Positions 50,835 through 64,000 of a stretch of DNA of 64,000 nt are shown one piece after another. Numbering within the stretch: position 1 is the first letter of the stretch; every line of letters begins with the position of its first letter. The position numbers and the translations under genes were made by a program. The notes under the pieces were generated by a model. That model saw only the letters and a program-made list of their open reading frames with translations, did not search any database and had not been told where the DNA came from. Source of the DNA: Balanoglossus misakiensis (taxonomy: Eukaryota > Animalia > Hemichordata); contig CM082577.2 of the NCBI GenBank assembly GCA_040954595.2, positions 868,001 through 932,000 of the forward strand, in the 5' to 3' direction.

Positions 50835-53484
50835 TATAATCCATGGGAGATCATAAAACCAGGGATTAGATTGAATCTAATCTAAAAGTTTTACCAAATA
50901 CGACGCAAATTGACATGAAACTCTTGTCAATCAAACATTTCATTCGTGGTCTCGATGAAACAAAGCCAACGTATATGTTATTTACTTTTCAAACTGTTTA
51001 TTTTTGCCTTTCAATATTACTAAAAAGCCTCCAACTCTTTCGCTTAAATTTTACATATGTGTGAAACAGAGAATTTTTTAAATGTATTGATTTTATCTTC
51101 TCGTGTATGTTTAGCAAAAATGAGACGTGCAAATGCGAGTAAACTTATGTACAAAAGGTGTCCATCTCAGTCTGTCTGTCTGTCGGTCGGTCGGTCAACT
51201 TGTACATTCTATCCAGACACAATAGATATTCGTGTACATTTTTCATCGGAATTCCTTCGGCAAAAATATTTGCTTAAATTTTGTGAATAATATTAATTCA
51301 CACACACGAACTTTTAAATCGGTTTTATTACGTCAATCTGCGACGGGTTGGAGAATACTCGATCAAGCAATTCAAACTACATCAGCTTTCGACTATTACT
51401 GGAAACTGGAATTAACTATTCGCTTGTACATATACAATTTACCCCCCCCCCTCCCCAATTGTATACAAACCAATGTTGGTACACAAAACAGGACGTGCAA
51501 ATGAATCCCATTTAAATTACTGGCGACATATGTGACACGTCAGGTCGAATAGCGCATGCGCGCAATGAGAACATACAGCGCTGTGTCACCTTGTGTGATA
51601 CTCCTGGTCCCCCTAGTATGATGACATCATTGTCTACAGCTTTGTACATGAATGTCTATTTGAGCGTAAACTATTTTTGAAATGTTTAAATGGAAACCAT
51701 TCTATTTATCATGTTTATAGTCTCCCAGGGAGATTTTTCTGACCTCTCGGCCTATCTTGCCACAGGCACCATGGTAACAGTCGACATATAATCGACTGGG
51801 CTATTTATTGTTCCATACAGTCAGAAATTGTAGTCTGTCATGCATATTCGAACTTTATCTCTCTCCCGAGACAAAACAAACATGAACGAACTATGGTTAT
51901 ATTCAATTCTACAGATCAGTTTATTACAACGTTGTTTGCACTTAGGCTGATTCTTGAAATTTAAAATGTGTCACGTGGAAGGAAAAAGCTAAATAAATGA
52001 TATACACAACGATAAATTATGGTAGAGTGTTAATGTTGCATCGATCTAGCATAATGTTTTTAAAAAACTGATATACTCACCCAGATAAATTATATTACAC
52101 AAGACTGTGTTCACATGTACTTATAGCATTCAATTCTAGTTGTCATTTTTACTCAAAGAAATGTTCAAATATTGTTTTCTGTGCAGGTTAAATCAACTTT
52201 TTCAAACCAAGTTGGCATATATTTGTGGAGCTAAATCATTAAAAAACTAAGGTAACACAAAACGAAAACACCTTTCAAAATTTGAGCAATGCGCTCTGGG
52301 ACTAATGTTTATGTTGAGATCGGCCACTAAACTAATACAAAAACAGGAAAATGTTAAACGTTTCTCTACATTCCTTTTACAGTGGTACACACTTTCTGAT
52401 ATAAATGTAGTATAACATGTGCTATTAAATTCACAGTATAAATAAATGTCTGCTTCAAATAATCAACATGTGACGCCGATTTGACCCATAACGGAAAATA
52501 ACTCTGACCAATCACATTTAGCCTACTTTAATGTCTGCGGAATGATCCCAGATGATAATTTGTACTGTAACGATTGTACTTCTAGAAGCACTACGGTCTT
52601 TTGTTTTCACTGAACATTAGCTCCCGAATTACCTTGACAAACATGCTTTGCGGAAAATTTGATGTACAGCTTATTTATAGCCAGCCAGTTCGAAACCTAG
52701 TGAAAAAATCAGTCGATCTCTTAAAGCCACCCCAATGCACTATTGATCTGAAATGAAAACCGCAACACATGTTGTAAACGTTTATGCAAATAAAATTATG
52801 ACGTATCGGTCATGTTGATGACGTTTCAGTTATTGCCTATCTGTTTATCGTTTCCCATGGTTCATCGCGGTGCGCTGTGACCATCCATAAAACACCAGAT
52901 GAACACAGCTTTGAGCGATGCGTCCATTTATTTATATTTCCTCGTTTATCAGAATGAAAACTGTTGGCATAGTTACACCATCCTTCTGTTACGCTGCTGT
53001 AACAGAAGAAATCTTTGTGTCATTGGAATGAAAATTTTAAGTGACAAAAATCATCATTTTATTTTTTTTTTCTTCACTCTGGAAGCGAGTAACTTCCATG
53101 TGAAAATTGTAAAGTAATGTTGTTTGGAAATCTATTAACACCACTTGCACCATAAGCATGATAAGATGAAGAGAACCCACCAAGTATATAGACAGCATTC
53201 TAGCTGATCACCAATTAGCATATTAGCATACTTTCAGGAAAATTATCCTCGCAGTTCGCAGTTCATCTTGGAAAATAACATGTATGTTTGTGTTCAGAAA
53301 AGCTTCTCATGTAGTCCTTCTCACTGTTGAACGTACTTTTTACGTGGATTAAGACTCCGACAATTTATATAAATGTCTGAGATAAAATCTTTTTCATTCA
53401 TTTTCATGAGAGAATTATTCATTTGACCCCCTATCTGCATGATGACCCCACCGTATAGAAGCACCCCCAGCCAACTCAGCATAA

Positions 53485-56042
53485 TTACGCCGTGTACACC
53501 GGTTTCAATCCCCGGCTCTGTAAGACTGCATTAACACGACCTATTCTCTGGTCAATGTCTGCGTGCATCTCAGGAGTGAAGGGGTCATAGCCGAGATCTT
53601 CGTCGCCAGGCCGGTGGAAGCGACCTTCAAGGTCCTTCTTAACACAGTCAACTCTGTCTGACAATGTGACGTTCAAGAAATCGGTCATCTTTTCCAACTC
53701 GATTAGGGGATCCTGTCTGATGTCTTCGTAATAGATGACAACCATTGGCAAACTGCTCTGCAACCAGTTGCTCATAATTCGCTCCCAGTAAATGGCGTTC
53801 CAGGCCACGTGCTTTTCCCACTCTGTAAACACATGAAAACAATGATACATGTTAAACCATGTTCAATTTAATCTCTAAGCATTTATTCAGTATCCATCCA
53901 TACATCCGTCAGTCCACCAATCCTTCGGTCGTTTCATCAATCCATTTATTCCTTCATTTATACAATCATATATATACATATATCACAACCTCTCTGTATA
54001 ACTGTCTGTCTGTCTGTCTGTCTTTACTTTTCCACTAAACATGCATTATTCTGTTGAAAAGTCGACATTTTGGTGTAAGCGTCATGACAAATGACAATGG
54101 CATATACCTGGTCCAGAAAAGCTGTCTTGTGACGGGTAGGAATGCAGACCAGCGTGTTTTCGACTTCTTTCTGCAATTAACGCCTTGTAAGGATTTCTAA
54201 CCACCATTATAGCCCCTTGAAATTCAGCTATGTGCCCCTCTTCGTACCCATGAGTCTTTGCGGCTATAGTTTTCCCTTTTCTCCAGTGTTCTATCTCACC
54301 AACAAACCCTGGAAGTAACGGAGACTTCTTGGTGTGAACAGTGTTTGATAAAATGTGATTATAAATCAATCTCTGTGTGTCCTCTTGGTGTGCACATATG
54401 TCGCGTGATTATTTAGGAATTTAGCAGGAAAGCAATGTTCATTTCCCCCCAAAACATGCGATAAACAAATTATACTAGGTCGTAAGCCGAATGTTGGGTG
54501 AGGATGAAATTTAACCATCAACAGATCCTGGCTATAGTGAATAAAAATTATAGTTTGTGAATTTATTGTAAACCCCGACAGCGTGGCACAAATCCTCTTA
54601 TTTCCGTCGTTATTATATCAATACCGGATGTGACGTAGACAGATGTGAGCTGACCCATTCTTTAATGGAGGTCATCATTTTCTGGTTACAAAAATCCAAA
54701 GTTGGCATTTCGCTATAATTTCCGACTAATTAATATGTAATATCAAAAGATGTTCGGGGTACGATATAACAAAAAGCGGAGCATTTTCGAAACAATAATT
54801 AGATTGCATTTGGCCCCAGTTACCCGATCTTAAATTTTTCGTTGTACCAAATATTGACAGTAGTTCCTGTAATCGGGTTTGTAGACCGCATTCTTTTTCC
54901 ACAGCGCCAAACTTTGTGAACGATTTATTCCATATATTTCGCTTTGATACAGTTCCAAATATCAGGAATTAACAGTACTTATTTAGGATTTTCTAAGTAC
55001 TATAAAAGTTTTTAGTCAATTCGCGGAAATCTCATTGGTGACATACAAGAGTGAATAAGACCTCATGTAGGTTGTCATTTTGAGAATAAAAATGGCTGCC
55101 AGGGCGGTGAACGACTTACCTTCTTGGAACAGTGCTTTGTCCGGTCGACAATTACCCGTATACAGGCCACTAGCTTTCTCGATGAGGTGTCGGACCCAAA
55201 CATTTCCCGACCCGGGAAAACTCGTCAACGCCACTAAGGCCCGTTCGTGTAGACCTGCAAATCGCACTGCACATTTTCCTTCTGAAATATCAAATATTAT
55301 CGGTTATACTTTTGTCGGTGTGGGACATGTAAAGTTATACGTCAGGCAATTCCAGATGGACGTGTGATTTGACTTAGTCAGTTATTGTTAAAATAAAACC
55401 TTTCGGGGTCTTCCTGAAGATTATGAAACCAGTGGACGTAATTATCGACTGTAACCTTCTACGTACATTTTATTCTTGACGAAAAATAAATTTATATATG
55501 TGCCAAGAAACAAACTCGACCAGTTTTAGTTTTCCATCACAAATGAATAAAAATACAGCATTCATATATAAAAAGCACTCGTGATTGTGTTGTTGGGATT
55601 TTTTGGCATTTTATCTCGAACATACACGGAACTAAAATAATTCGTTTAGTCGTTTCGTATGATAACAGTACAAATCTTCTCCATTTTATATGCAACTTTT
55701 ATTTTGGTTATATTTGTGTTTGCTTTGTTTACACATTTGATAACATGATGTTTGCTTGATGCCAATAATGACTGATATTGCCATAAATGACGAGGATTCG
55801 TTCTTCAAATCTTCATTGTGTATTTCTCCGTGGTTCCCTGAAAGGAAACTTCAGTATATTCCTGATTTCCTTTCGCACAATGTATTAAACCACTATGACT
55901 TACCTCCCAGAAATGGCGCCGCTAGTAGACCTCGGTTGGAAGAATCATCCGATCTAAATAAAAGTAATATCAAAATAAACAGCAGACCGCCGGCGAATAC
56001 AGCTTTGTAGTGGATAGTGCGAAGGAACTTTCGAAAAATCAT
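53485..56042 (-). CDS. WSCD-family (sialate O-sulfotransferase-like) Golgi sulfotransferase without WSC domains. Exons (minus) 56042-55904, 55281-55120, 54308-54108, 53822-53485
   Basis: Type II anchor MIFRKFLRTIHYKAVFAGGLLFILILLLF. Motifs ALTSFPGSGNVWVRHLIEKASGLYTG, GFVGEIEHWRKGKTIAAKTH, VVRNPYKALIAE, VIYYEDI and EGRFHR...DPFTPEM. Phase-1 junctions are consistent. The linkage of exon 1 is less certain than the rest. Confidence 0.82.
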
Positions 56043-57096
56043 GTCTGACCGAGCGAACGTAAACTACAGAAAGCAAAATGACTGATTTTCTGTCACTAAC
56101 ATGGACGAATGCCACGTGTGGTGATGATGACGACGACGATAGTTAGGACTAACTGCTGCTTTTTTTGTTGGTCAGCGGCTTATCTTGTGTCACAGCTGGT
56201 GTGATGTCAAGAGACGACTGAAATCACACACATTCAAAAATGATGCAGTCCCTATGGGTTCAGTCTGACATACCCGGGCGCCATAATATCATGAGATTTT
56301 TTTTTCATATGTCAGCATGATTTTTAATCGAGGTTCATTGTTTAATTATAAAAATGACGATTCTTGATATTTCAATTTTTCCCGAATCCAATGAGTGCGA
56401 CATCGCAAAATTGTCGTTTGAATCTTTCTGTGATTTGTGGTGTTGGAATCAGGACACTATACATGCACTGTAATATATAAAGTTTCATGGTGGGAGTGAC
56501 TAAATATAACATTTCGTGTTTTTTACAATTAAAATTGCTGGATCTATTTTTTAATTGTACAATTAGATATTACATGCAATAAGGAGACCCATGGTATTAA
56601 AATATGTAACAGATACAAGTAGTGTCGACATCATATTCAAAATGGTGTTTGGATAAATTTGCATAACAATTAACATAGGCATCAGCTGTGACCGAAACCA
56701 ATATGTCAAAATCCCGAGATCAAAATGATGTATTTAACATCAAATCAGTTTAAACGATTTGTCATGTGTTTGTAGTTATGTAATGTTCAAAAATTCCTCG
56801 GTTAAAAGATAGTAATAATAGTAAGTTATTTCATAGTTCTCCATCCACTGGTAGCTGGACATAATATTATCATTTCATATGAGACTCTCTCAGTCTGAAT
56901 AAGAATTCACCTGGAACTGTAAAGGATCCACAATTAAAACCATTCGAATCTGATCATAAATTTAACTACCATCCAAAGATAAAATGTAAATATTTATAAG
57001 GTAGTGAGGTTAGCGACGAGAAGTTGCATTGTGCATCAGCTCTCTGAAGTCTTCTTGAATTTGAATTATTTCATCTTCAAAATAAAAGATGAAATT

Positions 57097-59124
57097 TTAT
57101 TTGACCTTGCGAAATATCAAAGTTTTGTTGTTGGCAGGCATATCATGCTGAAAAGAAGAAAGAGAAAGCATTAACCATTATGGACAGTGAGGGCAGTATT
57201 GAAATTTATCACCCTGTATTTAGTGACAGGATGATTAATTTACTCCAATAAAACAATAATTGCAGGATTATGTGACATAATATCCAGTATGAAAAAAAAA
57301 AAAAACACCTACCATTGCTTCAAGTTTCAATCCATTGTCATCAGCAAGTTTCTTCAAATCTTCAATATCTGGGATTCCATACTCAGGGTTCCTTAAAGTT
57401 ACCATCAAAATATAGAAAAGAAATTCATTGTACTGGGAATGACAAATGGCCAATGTTGATTCATTTCCCATAATTTTCTCTCCTCCAAACCTTTCCTACA
57501 AAAGGAAACTACTCAGAGGATTTAACATTCCCACTAACTTGTAAAATGGGAAACAGTTGTACTGCATGTCAGAAATCAGAAAGAGTATCTCTTTTTCTCT
57601 GAGAGTACATTTTAATTTTGTAATGGTGTACATGTACTGTAAACTTTGACGAAAAAGGGTATCATGTTTACTGTGAAGTTATTATCTATTCACACTTACA
57701 TGGCCTTGAGTTGCCGATCAAAACTTACATTACTTTCAGGTGTGATTTCACCATTGATTGCATATGGCTGTGAAAAGTCAAGAATTAGAAAGGTGTTAGA
57801 ATTTAACAAGAAACTTTAGATACACTGGTAAAAGTAAGAATTTGATGAGCGACAAAACCTTTGTGATAAAATTGCGTTACTTACCCCATAAGTTACCAAA
57901 ATACCATTGTGTTTAAGAATAACTCCAGCTCCCTGGAACAGTCCCTATTTTGAAAAAAATGCAGAAAGGATGGAAAAATATATCAAGGAAGTATATCAGA
58001 GGGTTACAAAACTTTACACATTATGTAGTGGCTACTACTGAAGACTGAAAAGTCAGGTTTATTACCCAAATCAAACTACCGGTAATCAAACAATTTGCAT
58101 ATTTAGTTACCTTAGTGACAATCAATGGAGAGATGTGAATCACATTGATGCAGACAATCAAGTCACATGACCCTAATTTCAGACAGGGGTTCCACTCTTC
58201 AGCTGCCATTGCAACATTTACAAAGACTGGTTGTAAGACATTCTGCGGTTTGTAGACTTGAAGATAAGACTGGATACTGTTGGAGGTAAAAGACGTAGTG
58301 ATAAAAATATTTCAACTGAACAAAATAATTTCTCCCCCCCCCCAAAAAAAAAAATGAAAATGTCAAGAATTATGATGGTTATAGTTAGAGGTTTGTTACC
58401 TCGTAAGACAAGGTTCATCAACCTCACTCGGTAACCACGTTATGTTTGGAATCTTGGATGCAAAGTGAACAATGTGTTGACCAGTCCCTGATCCGACTTC
58501 CAAAGCAAATCCTGGTTTTGTGGTGTCAATGTATTGTTCAATAACTTGTGTTATTGGTTCCGTGTTTCTCTTTGCAGATGGTGATGACAGCATGTTTTTA
58601 ACCTCCATTTGAGAGCTGGAACAAAGTAGCCATGATTATAATTTTTCCTGCATATTAAAGACATGCTGCTTGGATAACACAGTTTATTCTCTACAAAAAA
58701 AAAATACCAGATCACTGAATGTGGCTGGAATGTAGACTCAATGAGCACTATGACACATACAAAACATGTTCAGAGGTTCCAACATAATTACAATCATTGC
58801 CGTCATACTGCACAGTGGAAATAGACATGTGTTCCCGGTGTAAGACGTCCTCCACCACCGTGTAACGCTGGCAACACACAGACCCGGTTGTGTGCAGGCC
58901 TACGATCAGTCCGGATCACCATAAAAAAGATCACAGGTGCTTGCTGGCAGTGTTGCCTGGACAGTCTGTCGGGGCCAGGTGTGAGAGGCCGAACCCCTAC
59001 TTCATATCGAGGTTCGGCTTTCGGTCTCACCCCGATGGACTACCCAAGCAACAATGCGAACACCTGTGACCTGTGGTTCTTACATGTGGTCCACAGTGCG
59101 AACACCACTACCACCGGTCGCCAT
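57097..59124 (-). CDS. METTL26: Methyltransferase-like 26 (DUF938). Exons (minus) 59124-59084, 58615-58400, 58276-58111, 57944-57885, 57767-57700, 57391-57313, 57147-57097
   Basis: Motifs SAKRNTEPI, LEVGSGTGQH, CINVIHISP, GLFQGAG, TYGPYAINGEITPESNVSFD, NPEYG and DMPANNKTLIFRK. An upstream exon starting in the context GTCAAGATGGCG splices in frame (AT|C TCT CAA ATG). Confidence 0.93.
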
Positions 59125-59186
59125 CTTGACATCAGCCCTCTGTCGGCGTGAAACTTTGTGTCTTTTGTTTAAAAGAAAGTTTGTTA

Positions 59187-59304
<118 letters not shown>

Positions 59305-59741
59305 GAGATATTTTCCGGAGACGCAGTAGAGATGGTAGCTATGGGTCCAAAGCTAAAAGTGGTCTGCACGTGTTTCAGACAACCACCTGTTTACGCTATG
59401 TCCGCGCCCATTGAGTTCCAGGAGATAGAATGTAGAATGCACGAGCGCATGACAGGCTGACAGTTCAGAAGCGTTTCAAATCATTTTCTTCTAAGAAAAC
59501 CATTCGTGTCCGGAAGGAACCAGAAGACAAAGCCATGTCCTCAAAGAGTCAATCCACGAGTTATTTCGTCAACATTAAATCGTACAAACTGAGAGGTAAG
59601 ATAGCTATTGGTTGAGCCATCAACAGTACCACAGTTCAGGCAGATATGTTTGAAGCCAAACAAATGAGCAGTTGGTGAGGCACTGACGTATGTGATCGGA
59701 TGAGTCATCGTGTATTCGTCGACTTGTAAAGTATATCTTCG

Positions 59742-59748
59742 AAAAAAA
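59742..59748 (-). terminator. RNA polymerase III terminator (T7) of the tRNA-Gly gene
   Basis: A7 on the plus strand, 6 nt downstream of the tRNA 3' end. Confidence 0.8.
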
Positions 59749-59754
59749 TAATAG

Positions 59755-59825
59755 TGCACTGCCCGGGAATCGAACCCGGCTCGCAAGAATGGGAATCTTA
59801 CATGCTACCACTACACCAGCAGTGC
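59755..59825 (-). tRNA. tRNA-Gly(CCC), 71 nt, intronless
   Basis: The reverse complement is GCACTGCTGGTGTAGTGGTAGCATGTAAGATTCCCATTCTTGCGAGCCGGGTTCGATTCCCGGGCAGTGCA. It has a perfect 7-bp acceptor stem, anticodon loop TTCCCAT, T arm CCGGG-TTCGATT-CCCGG, and A and B boxes. Confidence 0.96.
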
Positions 59826-60339
59826 TATCGATTGCAGTGGAAAGAAATATGATCATATGTATCGTATACTACGGTTACATAATATAAATCATTACGAATT
59901 TTCAAAGAAGGTTTGTTTCCAGCTTGAACTTGGACTATATCCACTATTCACCAGCACTTCTCTATCTCTTAATCATGAATTCAGAGATAAATCACCATTT
60001 TAAAACGCGCCACCGCGCTGACCACAGCGTGGAGACTTTTAAAGACCAATAAACACCATACTGCTTAGCTCGATGTATATTGACATTCATAGAAAATAAC
60101 ACACATATGCCATCGTGGAAATTTCATAGATTTGGGCATTAAGAGAACCTAAACTATTGATTCCGGCTACTTTTAAAATATCGATTATTAAGTTGTTCTC
60201 TACGCCAAGTAATATTGTAAGAATTTTATGAAATATAATTTCTAGTAGATAAAATGTTTGCTAACTTAGATGGTCCACTGACCGGTATGCGCATTTGCTT
60301 GCGCAAAGGACGATCGCCGCACTGCAGAGAAATCTAGCG

Positions 60340-63300
60340 ATGTACACGTTAAACAAAGGTGCAAACAAACTGCGTATTGATAGCCGAAGAGGTAAGTTTT
60401 CAGCCACAATTCTGTCCAGATGGCGATTATATTGCTTACACGGTTCGTCGAGAGAAAACTGGGTGTTTCTAGCACGTTTTAAACTTTCTTTGTGGTGCTT
60501 ATGTACAGGTATACCGCAACAATTCGATAATTCAGATCGGCTGGACCCAAGTCGAAGAGAACTCAACGGGCATGCGAACATGAGGTAAGAAGACGATTTA
60601 GAATTTGCCCGATTCTGATGTTAGGATCACTCTGGTAAAGATCTATGAAATCGTTCAAACCATACTTGACAGCTGTACTTGGCCTCGGTCTACCCGGAAA
60701 ACGTGTGTGTTTCTGGCGTTGAAACTTACAGGAGAGATTGCGTAAGGAAAAAATGACGTTTGTTATAGCTGCAAATTTCTTCTTTTTGTTGAGTTTTAAT
60801 TTTATGAGAACATCCAGGGTTTTATGTATTGTCGGCATACCTTTGACCCATTTACCCAGTAAAGTTGTTATCGCGCACACTGTTCTTGACTGTCACTTCT
60901 GTCAAGAAACGTGTTTACTGTTGGTGTAAAACGACTACGCCATATCCGGTATCCACCACGCTTGTCGACGAAAAAAACGTGGCGCTACAGTATGCGCTGA
61001 CAGTCTGCACGTGCATATGGGAGTCAGGGACGTACATCTAAGGTACACGTTAGGGTGTGCACCGCAGAATTCACGAAGTCTTTACCATATATTTATTGTC
61101 CTGTCAAAAAATCATCCATGTTTTATCATTTATCATTTGATTTTTATTTGCAGTACCCCCAAACCTGTGTTCAGTTCGGTAAACAGCAAAAGAAGACCAA
61201 ATTCATACAGTACTCAAACATATGAACCCGCAACACCCCAACACGAAGCTAATGTGAGATATCTTTCAAGTGGTAAGTGTTATACAGTAGTTTTACTGTT
61301 GTTGAGTCTTCAAGAATTTTGTGAAATGCTCAACACATCTACATATACATGTGTGGCAGCTCAGTTACACCAAGATCACAATCCAGTAGCAACACTTCGT
61401 GCATGAATTAGATTTACCAGTAGTTTCTGTCTCTGACTGTGTGATCCAACCACAATGTTCTGTATGAAATTCACATAATTCTATGTGTTGATAACTGTAC
61501 TCTACATGTACCTGACCGAAAGGTGTAATTAGCAGAGGGTTGAGAGAGGCTGGCAAAGTTCATGAACTCTATGTAGCCAATGCATCACCCATGCCTATCA
61601 GCACTATCAGAGTTTGAGTACATGTACACATATTTTACCATCAACTTTTTGTGAAATGATATTTCTGAGTGTAAAACACACACTGTCTGGTCACTAAGAT
61701 TGTACGCTGTACTAGAAAGTCATAAATGGAAGTGTTGTGTAGTTTTTTTTCTTTCTCCAATGGCCACTGAATCATCAATATAGCAATTGGCAATTCACAT
61801 TGTAGTTAATGCATGTCGTTTGTATTGTCTAGATGTCCTTGCCTATTATGTTTCTCTTTTGAAGGTTTAATGCAGCATGTTAAACTCAATTGAAATTTGT
61901 ACAGTGAATTACTTTATGTATCACATCAATGTACATTGTAGTTCCAGGGCCCTAGCAGCTTCAGTCCCCCCGAAGGAAAATATATATGAGTGTGATTATT
62001 ATAGTGAGATATATACAGATAAGATAAGTTATCCATCTTGTTACTGTTTTTCATCTGCAGCGTGGAGGAGGATAGAAAATGAACTAGACATTTCAAGAAA
62101 AACAGAAAGAGAAGGTCAGTTCAGTACTCATACAGTATTCAACATTCCCTCCTGCAGAAATTGTGTTCCTATTTTTGACTTACAACCACATATACATCAC
62201 CAAGAGTTATGCAAGTTTGAGACAATTTGTTTCTCTCTAATCCATAAGTATTTCATTTTTCCTGGGGGTTTTCTTCGGAGAAGTTGTAATAAATAATGTA
62301 AGGCCTATTTTTTGTTGAGGTTAAGAGTAGGCAAGAACAATTGAAGTGGTTGTAACATGACGTGAATGATGGAATGAAATGTCAAAGGTGACACCATGTC
62401 ACATGATACGGCTGAATGGTATCAAAAGAGTCAGTGGCCAACCGTGCAGTGGAATTGTGTCAGTGAAATTATAATCTGTGGAATTCCATGACCACTGTTG
62501 TTGACATTTCAGTGCTGAAGCAATCACTTCCCAGTTGGCAGAACCATGAAAATATTTGTCCAACAATCAAAATACCGGAACATTGACTTCGACGGAGGTT
62601 AATACATGTCATGATAGGCTAAGGGGGAGGGAGGGGAGATACTTGTAATCAGATTCTCAGCTATTGACATTCCATTTGAATTTCATAATGAAATTTTAGC
62701 AAGAGGCTAATCAGATCATAATTACATTTTTCTCTTTCTGGCGAAAAAGTAGCCCAGTTGTGTCTACCAGCTGCAGACTCTCTTATCTACACACCTCTTA
62801 TGTTTTATCATCAAATAAAACAGAACACGTTCCCATAGATTAGTTTTGAGGGTAATCGATTGTTCACCTGTTTGTCACATGTCATGTCAAAAGTATCAAG
62901 TTGTCCTGAATACTTATAAATGGCTTAATAGCATCTTCCTGTTGTAAAACTCTGGCATGTTGAGTCAGGTTTTACTACTTCAAGTTTGTGTTCAAATGTT
63001 CTTTGACTATACACTCACTTCAATTAATCTGGAAATGTTATGACTTCAACAATAAAGTCTGACATTACAAATACAAAGAGGCTATTCCCAAATGACTTGA
63101 AATCCCTTCGAACTCATTTCTGTCTGTGGAGGTCCAACCTTCCCATCGAGAACAATGGCTTTCCCTTATTAATGGTGAAAGGGTTAAAGGGACAATGGTT
63201 GTTTGCTATTTCAACATTTTGTTTTGTTTTGTGTATCAGATGTAGTTTCTTGTCCTACCCTTATTCAATGCTGAAATGCCCATTAGTACACGGTATGCTT

Positions 63301-64000
63301 GTCGACATAGCCTTAACATGCACAATGTCACGACAATTGTTGTTTCGGAATTCAGGCTGGGCTGTGAATGCAAAATAGCATGATGTCATTTTGAATGCAT
63401 TGCAATGTCCACTTTGTCCAGATTTAGAAATCCAAAGCTGGACGTAATAGAGGGAATTATGAGAACACCATTTGATTGAACAACACACTCTTATGAAGAC
63501 CTTAATTGTTGGGGGTCCAGTATTGACTGAATTTCAAGGTCACACTGACCTGTCTAGACACAACCAAACATTTACACAATCGCCTTTCGAAATTGTAAAC
63601 ATAGACCAGCAGTGTATGACAACTTCATGTTAATGTATCTTCAGGTGGACCAGTTTATTACATCGAAAAATCTGCAAATCCTAAACTAGATGGTGAGTAT
63701 TTAACATATTCTCTGGGAATGTTCGAAACTCAAACCAAGATCAGAGTTCATTTCTTGGCTCTGTAATCAATATATTTTCACTCAGATGTTTTAAGGAGAG
63801 GCAAATCAAGCAAAAACCTAAAAACCTTAAGAAATGACAAATGTTTCCTACATTGACAAGATTAACATATTCATCAATCAGTAAGTGGTCTTGCAATAAT
63901 GTAACTCTGTTGTCTCTTCTTCCCTTACCAACTCTGCAGGTTTTGAACCGTTTGATTTGGATACATGGCGAATTCATCAACTTACAAAAGACACACCGCT
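60340..64000 (+). CDS. MCRIP2: MAPK-regulated corepressor interacting protein (FAM195), MCRIP2-type, 3' end beyond the window. Exons 60340-60391, 60509-60584, 61154-61272, 62061-62114, 63645-63692, 63940->64000
   Basis: MYTLNKGANKL resembles the human MCRIP2 start MYTITKGPSKL. Further motifs are PKPVFSSVNSKR, HEANVRYLSSAWRRIE and GGPVYYIEKSANPKLDGFEPFDLDTW (PxDL motif). Confidence 0.9.
63104..63183. mobile_element. MITE copy, MCRIP2 intron 4
   Basis: cccttc...gaggtccaa...ggtgaaaggg-TTAA. Confidence 0.5.

Noticed and set aside
55730-55837. Possible extra stem exon of the sulfotransferase (acceptor at 55838-55839)
   Set aside because: The frame closes at a TAA and I found no convincing phase-1 donor. 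Direct splicing from 55904 to 55281 already keeps frame.
60392-60508. Stop-free 117-nt first intron of MCRIP2 as coding sequence
   Set aside because: It has strong splice sites, its translation has no family similarity, and an open frame this short is expected by chance.

Overview
Gene-dense eukaryotic (animal) genomic DNA with short GT-AG introns. Gene content and similarity to vertebrate proteins suggest an invertebrate deuterostome such as a hemichordate or echinoderm (inference). Exon chains were reconstructed by hand with reading-frame checks. In order: (1) a 5'-truncated, very large multi-pass membrane protein with galaxin-like Cys repeats, a PMP-like beta-helix, a Cys-rich linker, about 10 hydrophobic helices and a cytoplasmic ZU5-UPA module; (2) coilin; (3) SLC25A10; (4) two tandem GDE1 genes; (5) two AQP8-like genes on the minus strand, separated by an intronless PRSS23/35-like pseudoprotease; (6) GAS7; (7) an intronless GCNT-family glycosyltransferase; (8) a WSCD-type sulfotransferase lacking WSC domains; (9) METTL26, a tRNA-Gly(CCC) and MCRIP2-like, which runs off the window end. 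The most notable observations are the METTL26 / tRNA-Gly(CCC) / MCRIP2 triplet, which appears to match the human 16p13.3 arrangement, and the unusual receptor-like chimera at the start. Other points are an AQP8 paralogue with His-to-Glu at the selectivity filter and a small TTAA-flanked MITE family. Comparisons with human proteins and loci are from memory, and no searches were run.
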